Part shown: in pieces, positions 25,341-25,467 of the stretch | Layout: each line of letters opens with the position of its first letter | Numbering within the stretch: the first letter of the stretch is position 1 | Source of the DNA: a virus | Lineage: Duplodnaviria > Caudoviricetes | DNA: 25,467 bases | Virus record (IMG/VR): IMGVR_UViG_3300037309_000028 | Span: 1-25,467 of that record | Direction: 5' to 3' (one strand) | Program-made: the position numbers and the translations under genes | The notes under the pieces: model-generated | What the model was told of the DNA's origin: nothing | The model's database searches: none | The model's input: only the letters and a program-made list of their open reading frames with translations

Positions 25341-25357
25341 TCCCTCCGGGCCTACCA
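25341..25357 (+). other. att core: tRNA 3'-end fragment (T-arm 3' strand, acceptor 3' strand, CCA)
   Basis: TCCCTCCGGGCCTACCA, possibly extending to 25339, resembles the 3' end of alphaproteobacterial tRNA-Ile(CAT)-type genes; no 5' half of a tRNA lies upstream. Confidence 0.72.
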
Positions 25358-25467
25358 CAATGTGCTGCCACGCCTGGCGCGCTGTCGTGCAGGTCCGGCG
25401 GCACCCGCGCGTGGCACAGGAGGGCGGGGCCGCACCCGACCGACCCGGCAGTTTCGCGGCAACACCA

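Larger units (their letters stand above)
1..25357 (+). mobile_element. Temperate siphovirus/prophage, late (packaging-head-tail-lysis) arm ending at a tRNA-derived att core
   Basis: Contiguous co-oriented, mostly translationally coupled HK97-type head, long-tail and lysis genes; tRNA 3'-end fragment at 25341-25357. The left boundary, integrase and repressor lie outside the window. Confidence 0.93.

Noticed and set aside
25281-25357. Complete tRNA or tmRNA gene
   Set aside because: Only the last 17-19 nt fit a tRNA; upstream there is no acceptor 5' strand, D-arm or anticodon arm, and no tag-peptide frame.

Overview
The window is the right arm (late region) of a high-GC, apparently intact temperate siphovirus or prophage of alphaproteobacterial (Rhodobacteraceae-like) type; the host assignment is inferred from gene-family character only. 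On the + strand it carries an iteron-like repeat cluster, a candidate Q-like late regulator followed by a pR'/tR'-like promoter-hairpin unit, an HNH endonuclease with a probable cos region, and terS/terL. Then come the HK97-type portal, protease and capsid, neck genes, tail tube, a tail chaperone with a probable -1 frameshift, tape measure, baseplate and tail-tip genes, a mosaic fibre/spike cluster and a lysis cassette. A small minus-strand Zn-finger gene, an IHF site and a tRNA-3'-end att core lie near the right end. Most notable: (1) an Acb2/Tad1-like cyclic-nucleotide sponge gene translationally coupled inside the lysis cassette; (2) an 1179-aa virion protein with an SGNH esterase split by a beta-helix that itself carries a CBM5/12-like insert; (3) a tail-tip protein with a signal-peptide-like leader. 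All family calls come from motif recognition by eye; no searches were run.
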